DNA from: Rhodosorus marinus CCMP1338 | Lineage: Eukaryota; Plantae; Rhodophyta | Direction: 5' to 3' | Assembly: GCA_029953675.1 (NCBI GenBank) | Contig: JAMWBK010000004.1 | Span: forward strand, 930,001-994,000 | Length of the DNA stretch: 64,000 bases | In this document: positions 1 to 11,458 of the stretch, piece after piece | How the letters are laid out: each line of letters opens with the position of its first letter | How positions within the stretch are numbered: position 1 is the first letter of the stretch | The notes under the pieces: model-generated | The model's input: the letters and a program-made list of their open reading frames with translations, nothing else | What the model was told of the DNA's origin: nothing | Database searches by the model: none | Position numbers and translations under genes: made by a program

Positions 1-313
1 ACACTGGGTGCGTTTTGCAGGCTTACCGCAGACGATAGTCTCCGATCGAGATTCCAAGTTTACCAGGCTCTTTTGCCAGCAACTAATGAGGATGCTCAAG
101 GTAAAAACTCGCTTAAGTACGTCATACCATCCCCAGACGGATGGACAGACAGAACGAGTTAACCAGACTTTGGAGACCCATTTGCGGTGTAACAGTAGAC
201 AAGCGACATGGGCCTCTGATCTTCCCATGGCGGAGCTGGTATATAATACACAAATTTCTGAGTCCAGTAAGTACTCACCGTTTGAGCTCCTATATGGGCG
301 AAACCCTAACCCT
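1..313 (+). mobile_element. Ty3/gypsy LTR retrotransposon integrase core fragment (cut by window edge, 3' end replaced by a non-LTR element)
   Basis: ORF 8..532 N-terminal part: IVSDRDSKF...STSYHPQTDGQTERVNQTLE...W...LPMAELVYNT...SPFELLYGRNP, the typical gypsy rve motif string. Confidence 0.9.
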
Positions 314-1530
314 TTGATCGCGAGCCTCTCGCGGGGTGTCTTGCTTCCCAGCGTACCGGAAAGCGCCCAAGACTTGTTTCTGGAGCTCCAAACCGCCCTG
401 AATTCCTGTACTAGTCTCCCCGAAGCCGTTCAACCCCGTCTTCCTGACTGGCGAGCTGTATTTGACCGGTCTCGAGGCTCCGCCCCAGGGATTCGTCCTG
501 CGCCTGAACCTGTTCTAGGGAACCTGTTCTAGGGGAGATTGACCCAGTGGTTGCCGCAGAAAAAGAAGTTCCAGTTGATCCTCCTGATGATTCCCAGCGC
601 GCTGGGAGCCGAGCTCAAGCACGCACGGATGCGCTGCAAAATATTCTTTCTTGAGACTTGCACCGTGCTGCATATGGCCGACTCCTCGCGCAGATGGTCT
701 CATCTTCTCGCGCTCGCGCCCGCCTACGTAGTCTTGGAGGGGTTATTAGCTCTCAGTGGCTCATGACCGTACCAGCCTTTCCGCCACTCACACTGTCGGA
801 TTTCGAAGTGCGTACTTCACTGCGCTTATACCTCGGCTTACATCAGCCCCCCTGGCCGTACGAGATGGGTTCGTCGTGCCCTCTCTGCTCTCAGACTGAA
901 GACAACGCAGATTTTGGCGCCCACCTGCTCGCTAGTTGCCCGGCGGTGAAAGGTGCTCGAGCCCGCCGCCATACACGGATCTTGAACCTGTTATACCGGG
1001 AACTTCGGCCTATAGTCCGGCAAGCCGGTCTGGAAATCGAACGTGAGAAACCTTTACCCGTCGCGGACTTTCAAAATGATGAACGCCGTGTAGCCGACCT
1101 GGTGATCACCTGTGACGACAGCCGCCGTACCACATACGTTGATCTTGCTGTTCCTAACCCTCAAGCTAGTCGTTATCTCCCGGCTGCGGGGGAGCGCCGT
1201 GGATGTGCCGCCGCCAGCATGAGACGCCGCAAAGAGATCAAATACAGGGGGGCTTTGTCTTCCCCTGGTGTTCGTGCTTCGGCACTAGCCCATCGCTTGG
1301 TACCCCTGATCATTGAGTGCTTTGGGTTCATGGACTCTGTTGGTTCTCGCTGGCTTCGGGAGTTGTTCCGCGAAGGCCCTGACCGTCTTCAATCGTTGTT
1401 TACCCGCTTAAGTTTCCTGCTGTGGCGCATGAATGCCGCTTTGATGTTGGAGGCGCGAGTTCTTCGCCGCACTTAGTCTTTTTTTCCCCTCGGGGTTTTT
1501 TCTTTCAGCCTCCGATTAAACCATTCGTCG
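314..1530 (+). mobile_element. CRE-like non-LTR retrotransposon, family B, 5'-truncated (linker + CCHC + RLE endonuclease + 3' UTR)
   Basis: ORF 658..1476: CPLC...HLLASC...RH...E...RVADLV...YVDLAVPNP...KEIKY...LVPLIIECFG (RLE signature); 3' UTR ends ccgattaaaccattcg. Upstream linker is broken by a 14-nt tandem duplication (aacctgttctaggg 507-520/521-534) and TGG>TGA relative to the copy at 15.7 kb. 5' boundary approximate. Confidence 0.85.
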
Positions 1531-2578
1531 TTTGAACCTACCAGAGCTAACGATAACGGGAGCCTAGTACCTGCGTCTGTCATCAGAGGGCGACAGCTCT
1601 GGCTTGTATCCACATCAACATCGTCCGTACAAGATCGTCTTGGATGTCGATTAAGCTCGTTCGAAGAGAGTGTAGTCGTCATGCTGTAAATACTCTAGCA
1701 CGCAGCGCATGACATGAACATATCACCTCACGTACTAACAATGCAGACGAAGAGCTGAAACATCTGTGCCCGATTCCGTCGCGGGTGCTGGGACGTTACA
1801 TACCTTGACGCGCGCGAAAGAAAATTCAAATTGCCCCCATATCAGGTCGATCCCGGTCAACACCAAGTAAGAAATATGCCTATTAAACGCGTGAGCGTCG
1901 ACTACTTTTTGTGCTAAAGGCAATCCTCGTAACGAGGGAGGGCAGTTGAGGGGAGGACTTTTTGTTGTGCCTTAGGTTCATCAACGTCCGACGCCCGGCT
2001 GTACTCGTTGGTGAGTCAGTAGAGGTTGAAGGGCAACCCACCGTTGTTGCCGTTGCGTGTGGTGCCGAAGGTTTTGTTTTTTTTGTTTTTGCATGGAGTA
2101 CCAGTGAGTCTTTGTTACGTTTTGAGTCTAGGAGAGGAGAAGGTGTGTTCCTTTTGGTTTTCTTCTACTGCTGCAGTCGCACCTAGGAATTTGTCACTTA
2201 GCGCTCGGAGGGGAGTTTGGTCACGAGAGGGGGAGACGTCAACGATCACAGCTGTTAAGGTAGACAGGTCGCAAGAAACATTATCCGCAACATTCGATTG
2301 TCCCAGTGTAGTCAATACGCAAGAGAGAGAGAAGGGGGAGAGAGAGAGTGGGAGCGCGACACAGCGAGCAACATGAAGAGAGTGAGAGGGAGAGATGGAC
2401 AGTAAGCACCCAGTAGATGCATTCGCCATAAGTGGATTCCAGTTTTTCGTCGTGCAAATACTAAACAGGGTTAGGAGAACTTTTTGTCGAAAGTCATCAC
2501 CGTGTTTATTGTCAGAGGAACCAAAGGATTGCCATCATCACATAGGCTACAGCCAAGCACACAAGTTTATGGAGACCT

Positions 2579-2606
<28 letters not shown>
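2579..2606 (+). repeat. (GA)n microsatellite
   Basis: agagagagagagagagagagagagag read directly. Confidence 0.95.
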
Positions 2607-2609
<3 letters not shown>

Positions 2610-3659
2610 GATTGGATATGGACACACATAATATTATAGCGCCGAGCCCCGGTGAGAAGGGGAATGCTCGTAACTCGTAACACGCCAAGAGGAGAAGTGC
2701 ATATGTCAAAAGTAGAACGCCCTACGAGGCTCAAACAGGACCACCGTCAGGTGCAGTAGAATGCGAACGTCCATGGAGTAAAGACCATACAAGGGAATTG
2801 CGTCTGATCAGAGGGAGGTAGCTGGAGGGCCAGAAGAACGTATCCAAGTATTCTTGCAGGGGTAGAAGGATGGGATGGCGGAGAACGATCGTCTGTGTTT
2901 GTTTGACTGTTCCGCAGGAAAACGCACTAGCAGCCCTTACACATCTTTGCTTAGCATCGCCCATGGAAGGAGTAGAATTCATGCGTTCAACACGCGGTCG
3001 ACAGAGCAGGCGTTGGCCCAGGAGAGAGGCCGCGGAAGCGCGAGGCCATAGCAGGACCAGACGAGGGAGGTTAGTCCAGCCTGAACACAGTCCCACAAGC
3101 AACAGTGCCAGACCTACCACACAGGGGAATAGAGTCGAGAACAGTTACCAGTCACCAGCACCCAGTATTCGGAGGTTCAGCGCTCGCGAGTAGCAGCAGT
3201 TAGGAGCAGGTCCACAGACCAGAGTTCCGCTGGAGTATAGAGCGAGAAGCACAAAGCTAGGTGAACGGAGTCGATCGTGATTTGCGTCTGCGAGCTCAGT
3301 TGAAATGTTGCAATTGTTACTGTTTGGGTTTAAGAAGGATTGTGTTGTCTGCATGGAGTGGTGTCGCTCGTGAATTGTGTACAGTTGATTGTTGCAGATG
3401 AGTTAAAGAATTGTGCCTGTTGATTGCACTGTGCTGCGGGAGCTTGATTTGTATTGACTATGATCGCATGGAGAGACGGTGTGAGCTGAAGTTGACGAGA
3501 TAAGTTGAATTGAGTACGCACAAATTCCCCCAACCTTCTCGCTTGTCAGTGCTTTCCGCTTCACTTTTTATATTTTTATTTCTGTAAAATGGATTCTTTG
3601 TAATTGTTTGACTGGATTTTGGGGTAATGCCTGTTTTTCTTCGCATTGTTTTTGCTTCC

Positions 3660-5238
3660 CCTTCGCCCCGAATGAAGTTTCGCTGGCCTCTCTGCCATCT
3701 GCTCTCCGACTCATCGGTGAACGTGAAGGGCTCGAGCACCACGGCGTCGGTTTGGGGAGAGACACCTTCGTCCAAGACTCTTGCGACCGCGTTTTGGCAC
3801 GACATAAGCAGCTCACAGACGCCATTTAGCGCGTACCAGACAGCATGCAGCAAGCGGCATGCCTGCTTTCCCGCTTTTGTGCAGGTCCCCGGCTGAATTA
3901 CTGGCTGCGCAGCTTTCCACCACGTTGGGGCTCGTGGATCGCAGCCAAGCCGACGAGAGCATGCTAAAACAGTGGGGAACGCTCTTGGATGAACCCCTGG
4001 ATGTTGACTCTACTCTCGACAAAGACTCAATTCGTGCCCAGATCGCTCTACCGTTGCGATTAGGTGGATTTGGCGTGGAAGACCGTGGCCACGTATGCTC
4101 GCCTGCTGCGGTCGCCTCCTGCGCCACCGCGCTTCGTACCTTGGTGAGCTTTCGTATGCGAAGTGACTGCCTTTTGGTTCGAGCACTGACTACAGAAGAC
4201 CCCGTGACCCTTCCGCCCGCGCTTTTGAGTATCTATGGTGCGCTGCAACAGGTGTTCTGTAGGTGCACCGCCGTGCCGGACGAGAATCGATCGAGTTTTA
4301 GCTGGCGCAGGGAGCTGTTATGGGGACGTAATGAGGCCATCGAGGACTCTCCCATCGACGGAGTACTCGCAGGCGAAGGGGAAGCCAGCCCCGGGTCACC
4401 TGTTCCAGGTTACCCGGGTCTGAGCCGATTGTGGAGCTCGCGCACTGATGTGATTCAACATAGCCTCACCTGGGGCCAGCATAGTGCCTCTCACATAATT
4501 TTGCTCAACTCTAACCCCTCACACCGCCTACCACCGCCGCTCCCCTCCGCGGATCTACCTGGGTTTGCCACAAGCTCCGTGGCACTCTAGTCGGCCGTCT
4601 TTCTGTCAGGGATGTGAGAGTCGGATTGACGCGTGTGGCTACCACTTCTTGGGTTCATGCGGACTGTTGAGAGGTCTTCATACGAGGCGTCACGCTCGTT
4701 TAAAGTACATCCTCAGCGAATGTTAACTCGGGTTCGGCACACGGTTGCGGTGGAATCAGAACTGCCCAGATCGGTCTCGGACACGGCGCCGCCCCGCTGT
4801 ATCACAGATCTCCTCGTCTCTGACGCTGCCGCCAGACGCGCAGCATATGTGGACCTCGCGATCGCATGCCTTGTGGCAAGCGCCCATCTCACTGCTGCCG
4901 CACGCCGCCGGGGGGCAGCCGCTTCGGCCCTTCGTCGAGTAAAGGAGCAACGGTATGCTGAGAGTATGGCCAGTCTGCCTTGCGCAGAGGGTCGCTTCAT
5001 TGTGGAAAGCTTTGGTCGCGTGGAGAAGTCGGGTTTGGAGTGGTTGCGGAAATGTTTCACTTAGCATCCTACCGAATACTTGGAACTCTTACGCCGTTTA
5101 AGCGTCTCTCTGTTCGATATTCTAGCAGCATGCTTGCCGAGGCACGCCATCGGCGCCTGGGTTTGAACGCTTCCCTACCTAGTTCTTAGTTCCTTTTCAC
5201 GCCTTGCGTAGCGCTTTAGGCTATGCTTATAAAAACCA
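3660..5238 (+). mobile_element. CRE-like non-LTR retrotransposon, family A, 5'-truncated and internally deleted
   Basis: ORFs 3859..4590 (LPLRLGGFG) and 4633..5064 (AYVDLAIAC...KEQRY...VESFG); homologous to 38904-40567; ends gcgtagcgctttaggctatgc+ttataaaaaccagta. Confidence 0.88.
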
Positions 5239-6292
5239 GTAACAACGACGACCCCCCGTGCTTAGGAAATCAATCGATTTCACTCTTTCGTACTACTTTT
5301 CAACTCCTCTGAGGCCCGGGGGAAGAGAGTTCGACCCTCGTAGCTATGCGGTGCCAATCTCTATCGGCTAGTGGCGTCTGCTCACAAAGCAGTTAGCCAG
5401 CAAGGGTCCGGTAGGACACGAAACTCCGTGGCAGACAGTCTGTCCTGCATAATGGATTGAAGACTGATTCAAAGAGATTGATATATTTAGGGGACCAATT
5501 GCAAATGTTTGAAATTTTTCGAAAAGAAAACTGGATTTCTAAAAATGGGCTTTTCGCTTTCCAACGAACACGTTTCTTCTAATTTTCAACGGAATATTCT
5601 TAAGACGGACCGTTCGCTTTGCTAAGGATGGAACCCGAGAATGAGGAGTGTGGTAGAGAGGGTTGCCTCTTGACAAAAGTATCAAAGAAATCGAGGGATA
5701 GGTTTAAAGCATGCCAGTTGGGAGTAAGAAACGATTGTCGCCCGCGTTTCTGTCAGGGGATGTCAGCTTCATGTACACAAGCCTGGGAGTCTTATTTTTC
5801 GGCTTGGCTTCTAGATCGAGCTCGAGCGTGGAATGTTACTAGGAAGAGGGGGAAAAACGGAGGGGGAAAGCGCACACTCGGCAAACTGGTTGGTTTTACC
5901 GATACTCCGCTATTGGTCTTGGCTGCCCGTTTTTCAGTACCGGGAGCCAGCTGAAGGGGCCGCGCTGTTGTGGTTCCATTTATATTTTTTACAAAAAAGC
6001 ATCAGATACCATCCTCAACAAGGAACTCAGGACCTGTGGAATATTCTAAAAGAACTATGCAACAGTTACATCTTACGCAATGACATTCTACGACGACGAC
6101 GGCTACTGAATTCCCAGAATTCAACGCGGATCCAGAGCTCTCTAGTCTCCCGCGTGAATTTCTACCACATCTAGACCGTAGTTGGACTCCGCCGACTTGC
6201 TTACAAGTTCTCGACACCTTGTGCGACATTGTCGGAATGGTACATGGGATTTCTTTCATGCTTGATAAGAATCCATGTTTCCTCGCGAAGAT

Positions 6293-6300
6293 TATAAAAG
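6293..6300 (+). promoter_or_regulatory. TATA box of microprotein copy 1 (equivalents at 9406, 13552, 18509, 24199)
   Basis: TATAAAAG 116-131 nt upstream of the ATG in all five intact copies. Confidence 0.75.
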
Positions 6301-6417
6301 GACTTCGAGCACAAACTCGAGGTTGGAGGTGGTGGTAGAAACCATACACAACGAACAGGGGACAGAGAAAGAGACAAGCAAGTTATAGAGAGATAGACAA
6401 CGAATATAAAAGCAACA

Positions 6418-6621
6418 ATGGTACACTTCAGGAAAGATTCTGAGCACAAGGTCGACGAGGACTACATGCACGACAACGAGCACCACCGGTTCCATGGGCT
6501 AGAGACGCTTAGTGGTGTGTTCCACAGACCTCACGACGAGGAGCACGAGAAGATCAAGGGCGAGAAAGCGATGTTCAGCTGGCTATGGGTGGAGCACAAC
6601 CCCTACAAGGGATTTTTGTAA
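6418..6621 (+). CDS. His/acid-rich 67-aa microprotein, copy 1 (unknown family)
   Basis: MVHFRK...HDNEHHRFHGL..LSGVFHR.H...MFSWLWVEHNPYKG; frame and length conserved in 5 copies, TATA box and caacaATGG context. Confidence 0.8.
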   Translation: MVHFRKDSEHKVDEDYMHDNEHHRFHGLETLSGVFHRPHDEEHEKIKGEKAMFSWLWVEHNPYKGFL

Positions 6622-7287
6622 AGCTTTGTGACGCGCATGGAACTAACGACGCTTTTGCCATAGACAGTTTGCGGGCGTGTGGTTGCTGCAGCCGTGTAAC
6701 AATGTAATTGTGATAAGATTGTAATAGAAGCTGTGATTGAAAGACAAGAGTTCGAGGTGCACTCAGTAGAGGCTTATAAGGGCCAGTTTTTCGTATGGTC
6801 TTTACACCTGAGTCGAATCAGCATATGAATAAAAAATAGAGAAAGTTTTGACATCAATGGTACTGACGCCAGAGACTGGAGTCATGTCGTTGGGCAATTT
6901 CGTTGAGGTAGAGCATGGAACCTTTGCTAACGATATGGGGAGCCCAGTACCTGCGTCTGTCATCAGAGGGCGAGCTCTCTGCATCAACACCGTCCGTACA
7001 CCGTCTTGGATGTCGATTAAGCTTGGTCGAACAGAGTGTAGTCGTCACGCCGTAAATATTCTAGCCACGCAGCACGTACTAACAATCCGACGAAGAGCTG
7101 AAACATCTGTGCCCGATTCCCTAGCGGGTGCTGTGACGTTACATACTTTAACGCGCGTTATAGAAAATTTAAATTCCCCCCATATCAGGTCGATCCCGAT
7201 CAACACCAAGTAAGAAATATGCCAAATAAACTCGTCACACAATCTCCCAGTGAGCATTGATTACTTTTCGTGCTGAAGGCAGTGCTA

Positions 7288-8140
7288 GGAGCTCACGCAC
7301 TGATGTGATTCAGCATAGCCTCACCTGGGGCCAACGCAGTGCAGCTCACGCAATCTTGCTCAAATCTCTCCTACACCGCCTACCACCGCCGCTCGCCTCC
7401 GCGGCCTGGGAGTCCATCTATCGCACGTGTGGTTAACCACTCTGCCTTCGTCACTGGGACACCGTCTCGACGCCTTCCAGTTCCGCGCTTCCGCAAAGCC
7501 TTACCTGGGTTTGCCACAAGCTCCGTGGCACTCTAATCGGCAGTCTTCCTGTCAGGGATGTGAGAGTTGGATTGACCCGTGTGGTTACCACTTCTTAGGT
7601 TCATGCGGATTGTTGAGAGGTCTTCGTACGAGGCGTCACACTCGCCTCAAGTACATTCTGAGCGAATCTTTGACTCGAGTAGGGCATACGGTTGAGGTGG
7701 AATCGGAACAACCCAGATCGGTCTCGGACACGGCACCGCCTCGATGCACTGCAGATGTCCTCGTCTCCGACACTGCCGCCAGTCCTCAGCATATGTGGAC
7801 TTCGCGATCACATGCCATGTGGCAAGCGCTCATCTCAGCTCAAGGCAGACTGGCCATACTCTCAGCATACCTTCGTTCTTTCACTCGGCGAAGGGCAGAC
7901 GCGGTTGCTCCTCGGCGACGGGCGGCATGCGGAACTGTTTTGCTCAGCATCCTATGGAATGCTTGGAACTCTTACGCCGTTTCAGTGTCGCCCTGTGGCG
8001 ATATTCTAGCAGCATGCTTGCCGAGGCGCGCCATCCACGCTTGGGTTTCCGTGTTTCTCTCCGTAGGTCTTAGTTACAGTGCACGCCTTGCGCAGTGCGT
8101 CAGGCTATGCTAGTAAAAACGAGTGAAAACCAGTAACGAC
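7288..8140 (+). mobile_element. CRE-like family A, 5'-truncated copy with internal inversion
   Basis: ORF 7427..8113 (CQGCESWIDPCGYHFLGSC...RRHTRLK); 7835-7927 is reverse-complement of the RLE segment; family A 3' end at ~8100-8140. Confidence 0.88.
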
Positions 8141-9521
8141 CACCCATGGTAGGAAATCAACAGCTGAGATGGTTTCACTCTTTCGTACTGTTTTTCAACT
8201 CTTCTGCCGCCGGGGGGGAGGGGGGGGAAGGGTTTGCCCCTCGTAGCTATGCGGTGCCAATATCTATCGGCTAGTGGCGTCTGCTCACAAAGCATCTAGT
8301 CGGCAATTGTCCAGTAAGACACGAAACTCCATGTCAGACAGTGGATTGAGATTTGATTCAAAGAGATTGATACATTTTTCGGGGGATAAAATGCAAATGT
8401 TTGAAGTTTTTCGTTAGGAAAACTAGGTTTCTAAAAACGGGCTTTTCCCGTTCCAATCAACACGTTTCTTCTAATATTCCGCGGAATATTGTCAAAACGG
8501 ACAGTTCGATTGAAATGAATGAATTGTTTAATGGAGCTCGAGAACGAGAAGGTGGTAGAGAGAGTATATGCCCACTTGACAAAAAAAGGGTATCAAGGAA
8601 ATCGAGCGGGATGGGTTTTAAACATGCCAGTTATGCGTAAAAACGGATTCTCGCCCGCGTTTCTGGTGTGGAAGTCAGTCTCATCTGGTTGGGCGTCTCG
8701 TGTTTCGGCTTGGCCTCTATACCGAAAGCGAAGCGAGGAATGTATTTCTAATGAAAGTTTCTAGGAATAGGGGAAAAACCGGACGGGTAGAGCCCTTCCT
8801 CAGTAAACGGGTCGAGTTTATCGATACTTCGCTATTGGTCTGGACTGTATGGCTCTCAAGGTCGGAAAACAAGATGGAGGCAGCGGGTTTGTGATTCCAT
8901 ATTCTAAAAAAAGAAGCATCGGATCCATGTGGGAGGGTAGAAAGCGCTGAGCCCATGTTGAATTCACCCCCCGACGGAAGATGTGAACTGCGTGCGAGGT
9001 CACAGTTCCATAATCTTTTTTCAGTTGTTCTAGAGGCCCTGAATTCCCTTTCAAAGATCATATTTGACGTAACATGTTGAACGGGGAATTCAGGGACCAT
9101 GTTTAACGAACCATCTTTAAGGGACCGTCTTTAACGGGGAATTCAGGTCCTCTAGAACCCCCCAAAAAGAGTATGGAGCTATGACGTCGCACGCAAAGTT
9201 CACATGTTCGGTCGGAGAGTGTACAGAAATTCCCGAATTCAACCTGGATACGGCGGTTTCTGCCCTCCACGTGGATTTACACCCCATGTAGACCGCGGAG
9301 GACTCCACGGACTGGTTTACCAGTGCTCGACGTCTTGTGCAACATCGGCAGAACGGTTCATTGCATTTTTTCCATTCTCGATGAGGCTATTTTCCCTGTG
9401 AAGACTATAAAAGGCCTCAGAGCACAGACTCGGGTTTGGAGGTGGTGTAGGCAAGCATACACAACGAACAAGAGAAAGAGGCAAGCACGTTACAGAGATT
9501 GACAACGAATATTATAAAAAA

Positions 9522-9731
9522 ATGGTACACTTCAGGAAAACTTCTGAGCACAAGCTCGACGAGGACTACATACATGACAACGAAAACCACCGTTTCCATG
9601 GGCTACAGCGGCTAAGCGGTGTGTTCCACAGATCTCATGACGAGAAGCACGAGGATTTGAGCGAAAAGAAGTCGATGTTCAGCTGGCTATGGGTGGAGCA
9701 TAACCCCTACAAGGGATCTTTCTCAACTTGA
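9522..9731 (+). CDS. His/acid-rich microprotein, copy 2 (69 aa)
   Basis: MVHFRKTSEHKLDED...FSWLWVEHNPYKGSFST; TATAAAAG at 9406. Confidence 0.8.
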   Translation: MVHFRKTSEHKLDEDYIHDNENHRFHGLQRLSGVFHRSHDEKHEDLSEKKSMFSWLWVEHNPYKGSFST

Positions 9732-11255
9732 GAACAACTGCTCATAGAACTAGCTGGGTGATTACCACCGACAGTGAGCAGCGAGTGGTGACTTCAGTCG
9801 ATTGTAAATAGAAACTATGAATGAAAGACAAGATGTCAGCATTGCACTCATCAGATGTTTATAAGGGCCAGATTTTCGTATGGTCTTTGTACGTGTGTCG
9901 GATCAGCATATGAATAAAAAAGAAATAACAGGGAAAAGTTTTGACATCAATGGTACGGTCGCCAGGGCCCGGAATCATCTCGTTGGGGAAATTCATTGAG
10001 CTAGAGCAGGGCACGTCTGCTATCGATGTGGAGTTCCCAGTACCGGCTACTGTCTTGAGAAGGCCGAACGTGCTGGCTGATCTTCGTCTATGTTTGTCGA
10101 TTAAGCTCCGCCGAAAGTAGTGTAGTCGTCACCAGCTAAATAACCAGCAACGCAGCGTAATGAGAGGTGAAGATATCATCTCACGTATTAATAATGCCAA
10201 CAAAGAGCTGAAATGTCTCTGCCTAATTCCCTAGAGGGTGCTATGACGTTGCATACTGACAGTCTGTCCTCCACAATGGATTGAAGATCGATGGAAAGAG
10301 ATTGATATACAGAAGAAGAAATTCAAAATATTTGAAATTTTTAGATAACCACCTGTATTTCTGAAAATGGGCTTTCCCGTTCTAGTCATCGTTGTTCCTC
10401 CCCAGGCTCCAATGTGATACTTTTAAAGCGGACCAGTGGGATAATTCGTTTGTCCCAGGACGAGGGAAGCCGACAACAACAAGCGGGGGAGAATGGATGG
10501 CATCAGCGTGACAAAACTATCAGGGAAACCCGGCGGGATAGGTCCAACACTCGGCCAGTTGGGAGTAAAAAAAGAAAGGCGCCCGAGTTTCTAGGGGCTG
10601 AAATCAGGCTCATGTGAAATAAATTCTGTTTGGGCATTTGTTTTTCGACTGGGTTTCTAGACCGAGCTTGAACCGCGGATGGTTTTTCTTTTATGCGATA
10701 GAAATTGGACCGCTAAAGCGCACCCTCAGTAAACTGTGTCAGTCTCCGATACCTCAATATTGGTCTGGACTGCCTGGTTTTCAACGGCGACAACAAGTTG
10801 AAGGCCGCGCGTTGTCGTTCCAATGGTTCGATGTTTTAGAAAACCAGCATCAGACACAATCTTTGGCGGGGAATTCAGGGCCTCTAGAACCCGAAAGAGA
10901 GTATAGCGCGGTGTCATCGCTTTCAATTCACACTTTCCGTTAAGGATACTGAAATTCCAGAATTCAAGGTGGACTCACCGCTTTCTGCCGTCGGACGTAA
11001 ATTTCTACAGCATCTAGACCGTACAGGACACCGCGGACTTGCTTACATGTTTGAGACATCTTGCGTAACATCGTCGGAAAGGTGCATTAGTTTTTTTACG
11101 TGCCGACAGGGATAGTTTCCCTCCGCAGACTACAAAAGGAGTTCGAGCACGAACTCGAGGTTGGGAGTGCTGTAGGAAGCCATACAAAACGAACAGGAGA
11201 CAGAGAAAGATTGAAGCACCTTACAGAGAGATACACAACGGATATTACAGCAACA

Positions 11256-11458
11256 ATGGTACACTTCAGGAAGGATTCTGACCACAGGCTCGACAAGGAC
11301 TACGTGCATGACAACGAGCACCACCATTTCCATGGATACAGTGGCTTAGTGGTGCATTCCGCAGATCTCACGAAGAGGAACACAAGGAGGTGAAGGACTA
11401 GAAAGCGGTGTTCAGCCGGCTCCGGGTGGAGCACAACCCCTACAAGGGATCTTTATGA
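11256..11458 (+). pseudogene. Microprotein copy 3, pseudogene
   Basis: 1-nt deletion after FHG, in-frame TAG (gag>tag), both conserved Trp codons changed to CGG; TATA box mutated to TACAAAAG (11131). Confidence 0.85.

Noticed and set aside
6848-7213. Apparent second ORF in the repeat unit (MVLTPETGVMSLGNF..., with similar starts at ~9949 and 11681)
   Set aside because: Other units have stops or 55-80 nt indels in this frame; similarity is explained by DNA-level paralogy.
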